DNA of 64,000 bases, taken from NCBI GenBank assembly GCA_018001695.1, contig JAGNHN010000006.1:12358-76357 (forward strand). Direction: 5' to 3'. Shown here in pieces: positions 50,343 to 60,881 of this stretch (its first letter is position 1; each line of letters starts with the position of its first letter). The DNA is from Lentimicrobiaceae bacterium (GTDB taxonomy: Bacteria > Bacteroidota > Bacteroidia > Bacteroidales > JAGNHN01). Under the pieces are notes generated by a model. The model was not told where the DNA came from, did not search any database, and saw nothing but the letters and a program-made list of their open reading frames with translations. A program made the position numbers and the translations under genes.

Positions 50343-51978
50343 GTTTATAGACGCGCTTCAGGCTGAGCATATTGATGGGATTGCTACCCAGACCTTTCAC
50401 CCTGGTGGATGTAAACCTCAGGACCATATCATAATACAGTATCATCACCGGGGAGGCATCCATAAGCAGGCTATCCATCCTGTGATATAATTCAGCCCGC
50501 AAGGGATTACTGGTCTCCTTCATGGCAAGTTGGTAGAGCCCGTCAAATTCCGGAGAGGAGAAACGGCTGTAGTTAGGTCCCTGCGGACTAAAATTCCGGG
50601 AAAGAAAGACAGAGAGGTAGTTTTCGGCATCCGGATAATCCGCAATCCATGAGCCTCTATAGAAAGGTAGCCTGGCCTGGGCGCGCATTTCCTTGAGCGC
50701 TGCGGGCGGTGTGACTTCGATGCGCATCGGGATACCGATATCATTCAGCTGATGCTGCACATATTTGCAGATATCCAGGTATTCCGGGCTTGTGACAAGG
50801 GTTATATCCGGCAGCCCCTTCCCTCCAGGATAACCAGCCTCAGCGAGCAGGCGTTCCGACTGTTGCGGGTCGTAATCATACCCGATAGCAGACAGCGAGT
50901 CAAATCCAGGTAAGCCTTTGGGGATGAAACCTCCAGTTCCGGGAGTACCAATATTGTTGCGCAGGTAACGGATCATCTTATGTCTGTCAAAACCGAGATT
51001 CATGGCTTTGCGCAGGCGAACATCCAGATATGGTGAAGCTGAAACGGCAGGGTTGCCTCTTTCAATAAGGAAACCAAGGTATTCTGTATTTAAATAAGGC
51101 TGCATGGCAAGGGTCACCTGCCCTTCATACTTTGACCTGAGTATTCCTTCAGGTGTGAGTAACTCATCCTTGTAACTGGGGTCGATGCCAGACATAAAGT
51201 CCAGATTACCTTTGATAAACTCCAGGAAAGCAGCCTGCCTGTCAATGACAAATGTGATACTCACTGCCTCGAGAAAAGGCAGTTGCTTACCATCAAGGTA
51301 CTCGAAGTAATATGGATTTCTCCGCAGCACCAATTTCATCCCCTCTTTCCAGTATTTGAAGCGGAAAGGACCTGTTCCGACAGGATGTTGCCTGAAATCC
51401 TCACCGTACCGTACTACCGCTTCCGGCATCACTACAGCACAATAGGGCATGCTCAGTATTCCCAGAAAGGGAGGGAAGGGCTCAGACAATCTGATTTGCA
51501 AGGTGGTGTCATCTATGGCTTTAACATCAAGCCTCCCGCTCTTATCCCTGGCTACGGACTGAAACACCCATGCGCCGGGACTGGCGGTGGCTGGATCCTG
51601 AATCCGGTTGAAGCTGAACGCGAAATCCTCCGCCCTGACTTTACGCCCGCGTGACCCGGAAAGCATCTCATCATGGTGAAAATAGACATCATCGCGCAGA
51701 TGGAATGTATAGATCAATCCATCCTCAGAGATATCCCAATCTTCTGCAATACAGGTCTGAATCTGAAGTTGGTCATCGAGTTGCACCAATCCGTTAAAGA
51801 TCTGATTGGTCGCCCAGATGTTGGAAAGGTTTCTGGCATAAGCAGGATCCAGGGAGGTAATACCTGCCGGTTCGTTGTATCGAAAAATGGAAACATCCTC
51901 TTCCTTACTTTCATTGCGGCAGGCCGGAAGAAGGATAATGGCGACCAGCAGTATCGGAACCAGCAGAAGGGTTTTCAT
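50326..51978 (-). CDS. ABC transporter family-5 (peptide/nickel) substrate-binding lipoprotein
   Basis: Lipobox LLPAC, ITSLDPA, YTFHLR, PVGTGPF, WIADYPD. Start placed at MKTLLL. Confidence 0.92.
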   Translation of the reverse strand: MKTLLLVPILLVAIILLPACRNESKEEDVSIFRYNEPAGITSLDPAYARNLSNIWATNQIFNGLVQLDDQLQIQTCIAEDWDISEDGLIYTFHLRDDVYFHHDEMLSGSRGRKVRAEDFAFSFNRIQDPATASPGAWVFQSVARDKSGRLDVKAIDDTTLQIRLSEPFPPFLGILSMPYCAVVMPEAVVRYGEDFRQHPVGTGPFRFKYWKEGMKLVLRRNPYYFEYLDGKQLPFLEAVSITFVIDRQAAFLEFIKGNLDFMSGIDPSYKDELLTPEGILRSKYEGQVTLAMQPYLNTEYLGFLIERGNPAVSASPYLDVRLRKAMNLGFDRHKMIRYLRNNIGTPGTGGFIPKGLPGFDSLSAIGYDYDPQQSERLLAEAGYPGGKGLPDITLVTSPEYLDICKYVQHQLNDIGIPMRIEVTPPAALKEMRAQARLPFYRGSWIADYPDAENYLSVFLSRNFSPQGPNYSRFSSPEFDGLYQLAMKETSNPLRAELYHRMDSLLMDASPVMILYYDMVLRFTSTRVKGLGSNPINMLSLKRVYKLKDQE

Positions 51979-51979
51979 G

Positions 51980-52558
51980 CTATTGCATTTTTTGCCCAAG
52001 ATCAGCGATCCTTTTCAACCAGCGTGCTCTTTTCTTTTCCGTACTGATTTTGATAGGCCCCAGCGTAGTAACACGAACCGGATTGAATCCACAGAAACCC
52101 AGAACACCTTTTTTCATGGCGTTATGTCCGGGTTTTCCTAAAACGTAGCGATAATACCAGGGTGGCGTGTCCATCGTAACGATGATGCGTGCTGAGCGGC
52201 CAGTCAACAGTTTGTCCCAGAGCAGGCTGCCTTTGCGGTATTTGAATGCAAAGCCTGGCAGCAGGGTCCGGTCGATGAACCCCTTTAACAGGGCTGGGAA
52301 AGTGGACCACCAGTTGGGATAAATGAGTACGAGATGGTTGCACCATTGAATGGACTCCTGAGCGGCTACAAGATCGGGCTCCAGCGTTTGCTCCCCGCGA
52401 TATCCGGCTTTAAAGTTGATCTCAAACGACAGTTCCCGCAATTTGATGACCCTTACCTCCGCTCCAGCATTGCGGGCAGCATTGGTATAGGTGTCGAAGA
52501 CTGTATTCGAAAAGGTGTCAGCCAATGGATGGCCCAGAATTACCAGGATTTTTTTCAT
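51980..52558 (-). CDS. NAD(P)H-dependent oxidoreductase, flavodoxin-like fold (MdaB/KefF family)
   Basis: MKKILVILGHP, YPNWWSTFPALLKGFIDR, IVTMDTP. The track's upstream extension overlaps lon, so it was discarded. Confidence 0.92.
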   Translation of the reverse strand: MKKILVILGHPLADTFSNTVFDTYTNAARNAGAEVRVIKLRELSFEINFKAGYRGEQTLEPDLVAAQESIQWCNHLVLIYPNWWSTFPALLKGFIDRTLLPGFAFKYRKGSLLWDKLLTGRSARIIVTMDTPPWYYRYVLGKPGHNAMKKGVLGFCGFNPVRVTTLGPIKISTEKKRARWLKRIADLGQKMQ

Positions 52559-52586
52559 CTGGAATGCCTGTTTAAGTCTGAAATTA

Positions 52587-55073
52587 TCAGACAGTTTTTT
52601 TCTCATGCATGGCCTGGGCCAGATCCACAGCGTGGTCCACTTTATCATGAAGCAGGGCCAGTTGGGCCACTTCCATCATCTCTTCGACATAATGGAAAAT
52701 GAGTCCCTGGATATAGTCGGCTTTTATCTCAGCAATATCATTTTTATTCTCTGAAGGCAGAATAATATGACTCAGTCTTGCGCGGCGCGCGGCCAATATC
52801 TTCTCCTTAATACCTCCCACGGGCAGTACCTTACCCCTTAATGTCACCTCCCCAGTCATGGCATAGCCCTCACGCACTTTGCGCTGCGTGAATGCTGAAA
52901 CCAGGGCAGTAAACATAGTTATACCGGCAGATGGCCCATCTTTCGGGGTTGCTCCTTCAGGCACATGCACATGAACGTTCCAGAAATTGAATAAGTCCGG
53001 ATCAATGTCAAACGACCTCGCGTGTGATTTCAGGTATTCAAAGGCCAGGGTGGCGGATTCTTTCATTACCTCACCCAGGTTGCCTGTCATGGTAAGATTG
53101 CCTTTCCCTTTACTAAGACTCACTTCGACAAAGAGGATTTCTCCACCAACAGAAGTCCAAGCTAAGCCTGTGGCGATACCGGCAATGCGGTTGGTGAAAC
53201 TACGCTCTTTCTTGAAAACCGGGGAGCCCAGAAAAGCAACAAGATCTTCTTCCTGTATCCGCTTCTCGTATGGTTTATCCATCGCGATGTATTTCGCGCG
53301 GCTGCGGATGATTTTCGCGAGATTCTTTTCCAGTTGCCTAACACCTGATTCCCGTGTATAATCATCAATGATTCTCTCCAGCATATTCCGGGTGATGGTG
53401 ATCATAGATTTTTTCACGCCATTCTCTTCCAATTGCCTCGGAAGCAGGTGATTACGTGCGATCTCAATCTTCTCTTCCAATAAGTAACCTGGAATTTCAA
53501 TCACCTCCATCCTGTCGCGCAAGGCCGGGTGTACCGTGGACAAGCTATTTGCTGTGGCAATAAACATAACCCTTGACAGGTCATATTCTACCTCAAGAAA
53601 GTTGTCATAGAAGGCAATATTCTGTTCAGGATCAAGCACTTCCAGCAAAGCTGCTGAAGGGTCACCGTTGACCGTATTACCTGAGACCTTGTCGATTTCA
53701 TCAAGTACGAAGACTGGGTTTGACGATTTGGCCTTGCGAAGGCTCTGTAAAACCCTGCCTGGCATTGCCCCGATATAAGTTTTCCGGTGCCCCCTGATCT
53801 CTGCTTCATCCCGCAGGCCTCCCAGGCTCATCCTGACGTATTTTCGTCCCAGGGCATGGGCTATCGATTTTCCAAGAGATGTTTTGCCCACACCCGGAGG
53901 GCCGACCAGGCATATGATCGGTGATTTGAGGTTCCCTTTGAGCTTTAGAACCGCCAGGTGTTCGATGATGCGCTCCTTGACCTTCTCGAGCCCGAAATGG
54001 TCTCTGTCGAGGATCCGCTGGGCCCTGTCGAGATCAAAATTGTCTGTTGTGTAATCCTCCCAGGGCAGGTCTGTCAGCACCTCCAGATAGTTCATCTGGA
54101 TAGAATACTCAGCTGCCGAGGGGTTCATTCGTTGCAGTTTGCCCATCTCCCTTTCGAAAGTCTCGGCAACCTGCTTGTTCCATTTCTTTTTAAGTGCCTT
54201 GGCCCGCAGTTCTTTCAGCTCCTGCTCCATCGGGTCACCTCCCAGTTCAGCCTGTATCGTTTTGAGCTGCTGGTTCAGGAAATAATCCCGTTGCTGCTTG
54301 TCTATATCATTCTTGACCTTGTCCTGGATTTTATTTCTCAGCTCCAGAAGCTGGAGCTCCTTCGTCATATGAACCAACACCTTATGCGCACGTTCCTGCA
54401 GGTCTGAGAGCTCCAGTAACTGCTGTTTTTCATCCACTTCAATATTCAGGTTGGATGAGATGAAGTTGATCAGAAAGACCGGGCTCTCGATGTTCTGGAT
54501 GGCGAAGGTGGCCTCGGAAGGTAAATTGGGGGATTGACGGATAATATTGATGGACATCTCCTTAAGGCTATACACCAGGGCGTCAAAGTTTTCATCATCC
54601 GTAGGCTCCGTAGGTGCCTTGTCGAAAAATGGTGTCACATAGGCTCTCATATATGGTTCATAATGAACCAATTCACCCAGATGAAATCGTTTTTTCCCCT
54701 GTATGATGGCGGTGGTATTTCCATCGGGCATCTGCAACAGCTTGATGATGTGAGCAACAGTACCGATGGCATTCAGGTCTTCATATCGCGGATCTTCAAT
54801 GTCTCCATCCTTCTGGGCAACCACGCCGATGATCCTGTCCCGGGAATAAGCCTCACGTATGAGGCGGATGGATTTATCGCGCCCCACTGTAATAGGTATG
54901 ACGACTCCGGGAAACAAGACCGTATTGCGCAGTGGTAGAATAGGCAAATGTTCAGGAATGTCTTCATCATGCATGAGTTTTTCTTCCTCGGCTGACATCA
55001 AAGGAATAAACTCTGTATCAGGATCCAGCATGTCTGAATGTTGCAGCATATTATATTTCAGGGTGATTTCCAT
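52587..55073 (-). CDS. lon: ATP-dependent protease La (Lon)
   Basis: [42 protein letters not shown] (catalytic Ser), GGIKEK. Confidence 0.98.
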   Translation of the reverse strand: MEITLKYNMLQHSDMLDPDTEFIPLMSAEEEKLMHDEDIPEHLPILPLRNTVLFPGVVIPITVGRDKSIRLIREAYSRDRIIGVVAQKDGDIEDPRYEDLNAIGTVAHIIKLLQMPDGNTTAIIQGKKRFHLGELVHYEPYMRAYVTPFFDKAPTEPTDDENFDALVYSLKEMSINIIRQSPNLPSEATFAIQNIESPVFLINFISSNLNIEVDEKQQLLELSDLQERAHKVLVHMTKELQLLELRNKIQDKVKNDIDKQQRDYFLNQQLKTIQAELGGDPMEQELKELRAKALKKKWNKQVAETFEREMGKLQRMNPSAAEYSIQMNYLEVLTDLPWEDYTTDNFDLDRAQRILDRDHFGLEKVKERIIEHLAVLKLKGNLKSPIICLVGPPGVGKTSLGKSIAHALGRKYVRMSLGGLRDEAEIRGHRKTYIGAMPGRVLQSLRKAKSSNPVFVLDEIDKVSGNTVNGDPSAALLEVLDPEQNIAFYDNFLEVEYDLSRVMFIATANSLSTVHPALRDRMEVIEIPGYLLEEKIEIARNHLLPRQLEENGVKKSMITITRNMLERIIDDYTRESGVRQLEKNLAKIIRSRAKYIAMDKPYEKRIQEEDLVAFLGSPVFKKERSFTNRIAGIATGLAWTSVGGEILFVEVSLSKGKGNLTMTGNLGEVMKESATLAFEYLKSHARSFDIDPDLFNFWNVHVHVPEGATPKDGPSAGITMFTALVSAFTQRKVREGYAMTGEVTLRGKVLPVGGIKEKILAARRARLSHIILPSENKNDIAEIKADYIQGLIFHYVEEMMEVAQLALLHDKVDHAVDLAQAMHEKKTV

Positions 55074-55103
55074 TCTGTTGCTTTAAATTGGGCGGTTTCT
55101 GCC

Positions 55104-56297
55104 TTATTTGCGGGCGAACATCCGGCAATGGTTGTGCAGATACCGGAATATCTCCCGCTCGGTCTCATCAAATACCATTCCACGCCTTTGCATGACACTT
55201 TCGGCCACCTGCATGGCCTTATCCAGGTCATAGAGGTGAAAACCCTGCGGACCGCCCCAGGAGAAGGAAGGAATGAAGTTACGATGGAAGCCGCTGCCGT
55301 AGAGATTGGATGACACACCTACAACCGTACCTGTATTAAACATAGTATTGATGCCGCATTTGCTGTGGTCGCCCATGATTAGTCCACAGAACTGCAGGCC
55401 GGTGTTGATGAAGCGCCAGGACGGATAATGCCACATCTTGACCTCCGCATAGGTATTCTTCAGGTTGGAGCAATTGCTATCAGCACCGATGTTGCACCAC
55501 TCGCCTATGACAGAATGTCCGAGGAATCCGTCATGTGCTTTGTTGGAATATCCCTGGATTACGACATTGTTCAGCTCTCCTCCCACCCTGGAATATGGTC
55601 CGATGGTAGTCCCTCCATAAATTTTTGCGCCCATTTTAAGCTGGGCATGGCTGCATAGCGCGAAAGGCCCGCGTATCAGGCTGCCTTCCATGATTTCTGT
55701 ATCTGCGCCGATATAGACGGGCCCATCTATCGCATTGATCATGGCACCGCGGATCTCAGCTCCTTCCTCAATAAAAACCGGCTGGTCGCCCCATACCCTT
55801 GTTCCTGCCGGAACAGGCAGCGAAGTTCTTCCTGCTGTCAAAATGGCAAAGTCACGGTGAATTTCTGCGGCATTCATCGTAAAAATATCCCAGGGATACT
55901 GGAGCATTGTCACATCTGCCGTGTATTCTCTTACTTCTGCGGAAGGCAGGACGGCATCCTGGCCTTCTTCGAATTCATGAGAGCTGATGTATTGCGCCAG
56001 TACTGTATCGCCCTTAACCAGGGCTTCTCCTGATTTCAGAGCAAGGATCTGACTGACCAGCGCCGGATCCGGACAGAGGGCACCATGGATAAGGATGCTG
56101 TGTTCTGCCTGTTGAAGCGGGTATTTCTTTTGAAGATAGGCTTCTGTCAGGAAGGTTGGCGGCTGACCCAGCCAATGGGTCCATTTTTCCTGGATGGTAA
56201 GGATTCCAACCCGCAGGGCAGCAATGGGTTTCATATAAGTTAACGGCAACAAGTCGTTGCGAATCTGATCATCATACAATACAAACTGAGGTTTCAT
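55104..56297 (-). CDS. GlmU-related putative sugar nucleotidyltransferase / hexapeptide-repeat protein
   Basis: LLPLTYMKPIAALRVGILTI N-terminus, left-handed beta-helix repeats, SNKAHDGFLGHS, GADSNCSNLKN. Confidence 0.85.
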   Translation of the reverse strand: MKPQFVLYDDQIRNDLLPLTYMKPIAALRVGILTIQEKWTHWLGQPPTFLTEAYLQKKYPLQQAEHSILIHGALCPDPALVSQILALKSGEALVKGDTVLAQYISSHEFEEGQDAVLPSAEVREYTADVTMLQYPWDIFTMNAAEIHRDFAILTAGRTSLPVPAGTRVWGDQPVFIEEGAEIRGAMINAIDGPVYIGADTEIMEGSLIRGPFALCSHAQLKMGAKIYGGTTIGPYSRVGGELNNVVIQGYSNKAHDGFLGHSVIGEWCNIGADSNCSNLKNTYAEVKMWHYPSWRFINTGLQFCGLIMGDHSKCGINTMFNTGTVVGVSSNLYGSGFHRNFIPSFSWGGPQGFHLYDLDKAMQVAESVMQRRGMVFDETEREIFRYLHNHCRMFARK

Positions 56298-56330
56298 GGA
56301 TTCCTTTCTATTTGTTATTCAAGTAACAAA

Positions 56331-56353
56331 AAAAGTCCTCAACGAGGACTTTT
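56331..56353 (-). terminator. Intrinsic terminator of rpmE2 (possibly bidirectional)
   Basis: AAAAGTCCTC-AAC-GAGGACTTTT with T-runs on both strands. Confidence 0.75.
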
Positions 56354-56386
56354 TCAAAAATTTTAACAGAAAAAAAGAAAAGGTGT

Positions 56387-56656
56387 TCAGCCTTGCTGTT
56401 TCTTTTCCATATGATTCTGATAACGGTTCTTGAATTTATCCACGCGACCGGCGGTATCCACCAGCTGCATCTTACCTGTATAGAAAGGATGTGAGGTATT
56501 GGAGATTTCCAGTTTCACAAGCGGGTATTCATTTCCGTCCTCCCATTTAATGGTATCCTTACTCCGTACTGTCGATTTGGTCATAAAGGTATAGCCATTC
56601 GACATATCCTGAAATACCACTTTCCTGTATTCCTTGGGATGAATATCTTTTTTCAT
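56387..56656 (-). CDS. rpmE2: 50S ribosomal protein L31 type B (Zn-independent)
   Basis: MKKDIHP...VVFQD...[13 protein letters not shown]...DTAGRVDKF; no Cys ligands. Confidence 0.97.
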   Translation of the reverse strand: MKKDIHPKEYRKVVFQDMSNGYTFMTKSTVRSKDTIKWEDGNEYPLVKLEISNTSHPFYTGKMQLVDTAGRVDKFKNRYQNHMEKKQQG

Positions 56657-56682
56657 AATGCTAAATAATAAATTTCGGCTTG

Positions 56683-56690
56683 CAAAGGTA
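56683..56690 (-). promoter_or_regulatory. -7 promoter box for rpmE2
   Basis: CAAAGGTA on + equals TACCTTTG on -. Confidence 0.6.
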
Positions 56691-56704
56691 AGAGAAATAT
56701 TCGT

Positions 56705-57682
56705 TTAACCTTCGTTGGTACCTTGAAAAATATTTTTCAACCAATTCACATTAGCCCTTATACGGCCCGCCCATCCATCGAATCCTTCCTTGATAAGTAG
56801 CATTTCCTGTCCAGCGACAAGCATTTCGTGCAGGGCATGACCCTCTCCGGCCACGGCAGCGGCCTGGGCTGCCGATAAGCCTGTATCATCATAGTGAATC
56901 ACACCAGGGTATGGCGAGGGTTGATCAGACTGACGAAAGAGGCATTCGGGAGTATCCATAAAGGCTACCCTATTGATCATAAATGCAGCTTTCCAGTACT
57001 CATAGTTATTCATCCAGTAGGAAGAAGTACCGGTGCCTGGTTTTTCTCTGAAATAGGTAAGCAGTTCATTTAAAGTGTCTTCATTATCCATTAATACCAA
57101 TTTGATATTATCCGGGGCATGGCCGCCATGGAGCACAATCCGCTCGCGAATTATTCCCATGGATTCTGCGGAAGGCTTGCTGTCGAACGCCAGAATGCTA
57201 AATCCCGGCAGCGTATTTCGCCAGGGCTGATGGATATAAGGCTCAAATTTAGCGCTGTCCGCCGTCCCGAGTTCACTAAAAATCGCATGACTGCGAGGTA
57301 ATGGTCCTTCGGTATATGAGAAAATCTGACGGCTACCACTAACCTTCGTCAGGCAGTATGACAACTCCTTTAAAAATCCGCTTCGACCCTCCGGGAGGCG
57401 AATGCAGAGATCGGCTCCAGCAAGCCATGCGGTGAGCAGGGCATCCATACCCTGGTGTGGATACAATCCAGGATAAAAAGCAGTCAATACCAAGTTTTCA
57501 GCCTGAATATCCACGCTGTGCAACCAGGATTCCTGCGTTCCCAGTCTATGGATGGTTTCCAGGACGATACGGTAGCTGAGTCTTATTTCAGCCTGGTCTG
57601 TCAGGTGGATCTTGTCCACAAGCCAATCAGACAGCTTATTTACCTGTGTCTTAAAGCATGTGGAATGAACAGGTAGTTTCAT
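56705..57682 (-). CDS. Divergent acyl-CoA reductase (LuxC-like, Bacteroidota type) homolog
   Basis: NNYEYWKAAFMIN and SPYPGVIHY match the Bacteroidota acyl-CoA reductase family, which is usually found near serC. The catalytic Cys motif is not recognisable. Confidence 0.55.
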   Translation of the reverse strand: MKLPVHSTCFKTQVNKLSDWLVDKIHLTDQAEIRLSYRIVLETIHRLGTQESWLHSVDIQAENLVLTAFYPGLYPHQGMDALLTAWLAGADLCIRLPEGRSGFLKELSYCLTKVSGSRQIFSYTEGPLPRSHAIFSELGTADSAKFEPYIHQPWRNTLPGFSILAFDSKPSAESMGIIRERIVLHGGHAPDNIKLVLMDNEDTLNELLTYFREKPGTGTSSYWMNNYEYWKAAFMINRVAFMDTPECLFRQSDQPSPYPGVIHYDDTGLSAAQAAAVAGEGHALHEMLVAGQEMLLIKEGFDGWAGRIRANVNWLKNIFQGTNEG

Positions 57683-57735
57683 ATCTTTGAATGATGCCCA
57701 AAATAAAGAAAAATATACGGGCAGTCTTCTTCGTT

Positions 57736-58698
57736 ATGCCAGGTATGTTTGGGAGATTTCAACTTGCAGCCATAATTCTGATGTGCATATTCTGTCCACC
57801 ACCAACATTGGTTAGTCAGGACTTGATGATGCTACAGGATAGCATGCGCAGTCTGGCCCCACAAATACGCTACTCCCCCACGGATCCTGAGCGCTTTGCA
57901 TCCAATGATTTGTTTATGAAGGTATTGGATGATGCCTTGGCGATGGATCACAAAATGAAACACAACTGGGATTCCATTGAAGGTATCAGCATCCTGAGCA
58001 GCCCGGATAAGAGGTGCCGCATTTTTTCCTGGTTTGTGCCGCTAACGGATGGAACTTATCAGTACTTTGGTGTAATTCAGAGTTTTGACAACCGCCATGG
58101 ACGCTATAACAGTCATTGGCTTCAGGACCATTCAAGTCAGATCACACAGCCTGAGCAGGCGCTACTGAATGCAGATAACTGGTTCGGTGCCATGTATTAT
58201 GAAATGATTCCCGTAGAATCTGGTCAGACAACCTATTATACCCTGCTGGGATGGGATGGGAATGACAATATCTCCAGGCGCCGGATCATCGAAGTCCTTA
58301 CCCTGCGCAGCAATGGCAGCCCCGTGTTTGGTTATTATCTATTCAGGCATAAGGGGCAGAAGAACCGCAGGGTTATCATGGAGTACAGCGGACAAAGCCA
58401 GATGATGCTGAAATATGACAAGCAGACCTACATTCAAAAGATCAGGCAAAAAGGCAAAGGACTCGTAGAGAAGCCCATCACCAAAGATATGATCGTGTTC
58501 GACCGCTTGATTCCCATGCATCCATCTATGGAAGGTCAGTTTGCGTTTTACGTGCCTGAGACAAATGTTGTGGATGCTTATGTTTTTGAAAACGGTCGCT
58601 GGAATTACGTTGCAAATATTGATGCCAGAAATCCGGTCCGGCGTGATAAAAAAGCGCCTCCACGTCCAACCCGGCTTGAATTATTACCCCGTCCCTGA
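57736..58698 (+). CDS. Conserved exported hypothetical protein
   Basis: Signal-peptide-like N-terminus; WFGAMYY, YTLLGWDG, IVFDRLIP. Start moved downstream of the TATCTTTG box at 57682-57689. Confidence 0.7.
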   Translation: MPGMFGRFQLAAIILMCIFCPPPTLVSQDLMMLQDSMRSLAPQIRYSPTDPERFASNDLFMKVLDDALAMDHKMKHNWDSIEGISILSSPDKRCRIFSWFVPLTDGTYQYFGVIQSFDNRHGRYNSHWLQDHSSQITQPEQALLNADNWFGAMYYEMIPVESGQTTYYTLLGWDGNDNISRRRIIEVLTLRSNGSPVFGYYLFRHKGQKNRRVIMEYSGQSQMMLKYDKQTYIQKIRQKGKGLVEKPITKDMIVFDRLIPMHPSMEGQFAFYVPETNVVDAYVFENGRWNYVANIDARNPVRRDKKAPPRPTRLELLPRP

Positions 58699-58759
58699 TC
58701 GCTTACTTGGAACCATTCTATTTCAGGCTCACCCGGCAACATCATATAGGGAATTTCCT

Positions 58760-58767
58760 TACCTTTG
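58760..58767 (+). promoter_or_regulatory. -7 promoter box for serC operon
   Basis: TACCTTTG followed by CGA, upstream of an A-rich leader. Confidence 0.6.
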
Positions 58768-58836
58768 CGAATACCCGATAGACTTTATCTAACAACATCA
58801 TAATCAAAAAATTAACCAACTAAAACCCATTTTGTC

Positions 58837-59910
58837 ATGAGAAAACACATTTTTAACGCAGGTCCTTGTGTTCTGCCTGTTCCGGCACTCGAGAAAACGG
58901 CTGAAGCTGTCAGGGATTTCAACGGTATCGGTCAATCGATCCTTGAAGTATCGCACCGCAGTAAAGATTTTGAGGCAGTGATCAATGAGGCCGTTGCGCT
59001 CATGAAAGAGTTGCTGGCCATTCCTGAAGGATACAGCGTGCTCTGGCTGGGCGGCGGTGCCAGTACACAGTTCGCGATGGTACCTTATAATCTCATGCAG
59101 AAGAAATCTGCCTACCTGAATACTGGAGAATGGGCATCCAAAGCCATCAAGGAAGCTAAAGGATTTGGTGAAGTGGTGGTTGTAGGCAGCTCAGAAGACG
59201 GGAACTTCAGCTATATCCCCAGGGGTTATGAAATTCCGGCCGATGCGGACTATTTCCATATCACCACCAATAACACCATTTTCGGAACGGAGATCCGTGA
59301 AGATCTCGATTCTCCTGTTCCTCTCATCGCTGATATGTCTTCCGACATCATGAGCCGCCCGGTAGATGTGAGCAAATACGCGCTCATCTATGGTGGCGCA
59401 CAGAAGAACCTGGGACCTGCCGGGGTTACGTTCGTGATCATCCGCAACGACATTGTGGGCAAGGTGGACCGTTATATTCCAACGATGATGCGTTACAAGA
59501 CCCACATCGACAAGGAATCCATGTTCAACACACCTCCCTGCGTCAATATTTTCGTGGTCAAGGAAGTTTTGAAATGGGTGAAGGAGAACGGTGGTGTGGC
59601 AGAGATGGAACGCCGTGCCATTGAGAAAGCCAATCTGTTATATGCTGCCATCGATGAAAGTCCTGTTTTCGATGCCACAGTGAAGGATCCGCGTGACCGC
59701 TCACTCATGAACATCACCTTTGTTCTTAAAGATGCCTATAAGGAGCATGAAGCAGCATTCATTGATTTCGCCAAAGCCAGAGGTGTTGTAGGCATAAAGG
59801 GACACCGCAGCGTTGGTGGTTTCCGCGCTTCATGCTATAATGCACTGGAAAAGGAAAGCGTCCAGGTACTGGTGCAGGCCATGAAAGATTTTGAAAAAAA
59901 CATCGGATAA
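58837..59910 (+). CDS. serC: Phosphoserine aminotransferase
   Basis: [56 protein letters not shown]. Confidence 0.97.
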   Translation: MRKHIFNAGPCVLPVPALEKTAEAVRDFNGIGQSILEVSHRSKDFEAVINEAVALMKELLAIPEGYSVLWLGGGASTQFAMVPYNLMQKKSAYLNTGEWASKAIKEAKGFGEVVVVGSSEDGNFSYIPRGYEIPADADYFHITTNNTIFGTEIREDLDSPVPLIADMSSDIMSRPVDVSKYALIYGGAQKNLGPAGVTFVIIRNDIVGKVDRYIPTMMRYKTHIDKESMFNTPPCVNIFVVKEVLKWVKENGGVAEMERRAIEKANLLYAAIDESPVFDATVKDPRDRSLMNITFVLKDAYKEHEAAFIDFAKARGVVGIKGHRSVGGFRASCYNALEKESVQVLVQAMKDFEKNIG

Positions 59911-59928
59911 TACTAACAACGGAAAACC

Positions 59929-60852
59929 ATGAAGACGATACTCATCGCTACCGATAAGCCCTTTGCCCCTGTGGCTGTAAAGGGCATCCGTGAAATTGTG
60001 GAAGGTGCCGGCCACAAGCTTGCTTTGCTTGAAAAATACACCTCCAAAGACGAGCTGCTGGCTGCTGTGAAAGAGGCAGATGCCATGATCGTCCGCTCCG
60101 ACATTGTAGATCAGGATGTGGTGAATGCGGCAGACAATCTGAAAATCGTTGTCAGGGCCGGTGCCGGCTATGACAACCTCGATCTGGTAGCCTGTTCTGC
60201 AAAAGGCATCGTGGCCATGAACACACCCGGGCAGAATGCCAATGCCGTGGCCGAGCTGGCTATCGGAATGATGATCTATTTCGCCCGCAAACAGTTCAAC
60301 GGCAGCTCAGGTACTGAACTCATGGGCAAGACCATCGGCATCCATGCCTATGGCAATGTCGGCCGCAGGGTTGGACAAATTGCCAAAGGCTTTGGAATGG
60401 AGGTTTATGCCTATGATCCTTTCATCCCTTCCCAGAAAATGGCCGACGACGGCGTGAAGGCTGTGAGCAGCGTGGAGGAATTATACCAAAAATGTCAGTA
60501 TATCTCCCTTCATATCCCTGCCACCAAGGAAACCAGGGGATCTATCAATGCTGCCCTGATGATGGGCATGCCGGCAGATGCCGTCGTGGTCAACACTGCC
60601 CGCAAAGAAGTGATCCATGAGGAAGATCTGAAGCTGGTGCTGGCAAGCCGTAAAGATTTTGGTTATGTATCTGATATCGCACCGGATAATGCAGCCGAAC
60701 TAGTGGAGGCATTCCCTGCTAAAGTGTATTTTACACCCAAGAAGATGGGGGCACAGACCGCAGAAGCCAATATCAACGCAGGCCTTGCTGCAGCCAGGCA
60801 GATCATCAGCTATTTCACCAATGGGGATACGACTTACCAGGTAAATAAATAG
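59929..60852 (+). CDS. serA: D-3-phosphoglycerate dehydrogenase (short type, D-2-hydroxyacid dehydrogenase family)
   Basis: RAGAGYDN, NTPGQNANAVAE, GIHAYGNVG, NTARKEV; located in the serC operon. Confidence 0.85.
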   Translation: MKTILIATDKPFAPVAVKGIREIVEGAGHKLALLEKYTSKDELLAAVKEADAMIVRSDIVDQDVVNAADNLKIVVRAGAGYDNLDLVACSAKGIVAMNTPGQNANAVAELAIGMMIYFARKQFNGSSGTELMGKTIGIHAYGNVGRRVGQIAKGFGMEVYAYDPFIPSQKMADDGVKAVSSVEELYQKCQYISLHIPATKETRGSINAALMMGMPADAVVVNTARKEVIHEEDLKLVLASRKDFGYVSDIAPDNAAELVEAFPAKVYFTPKKMGAQTAEANINAGLAAARQIISYFTNGDTTYQVNK

Positions 60853-60881
60853 ACACAAACCACACATAACTTACCATCCAT

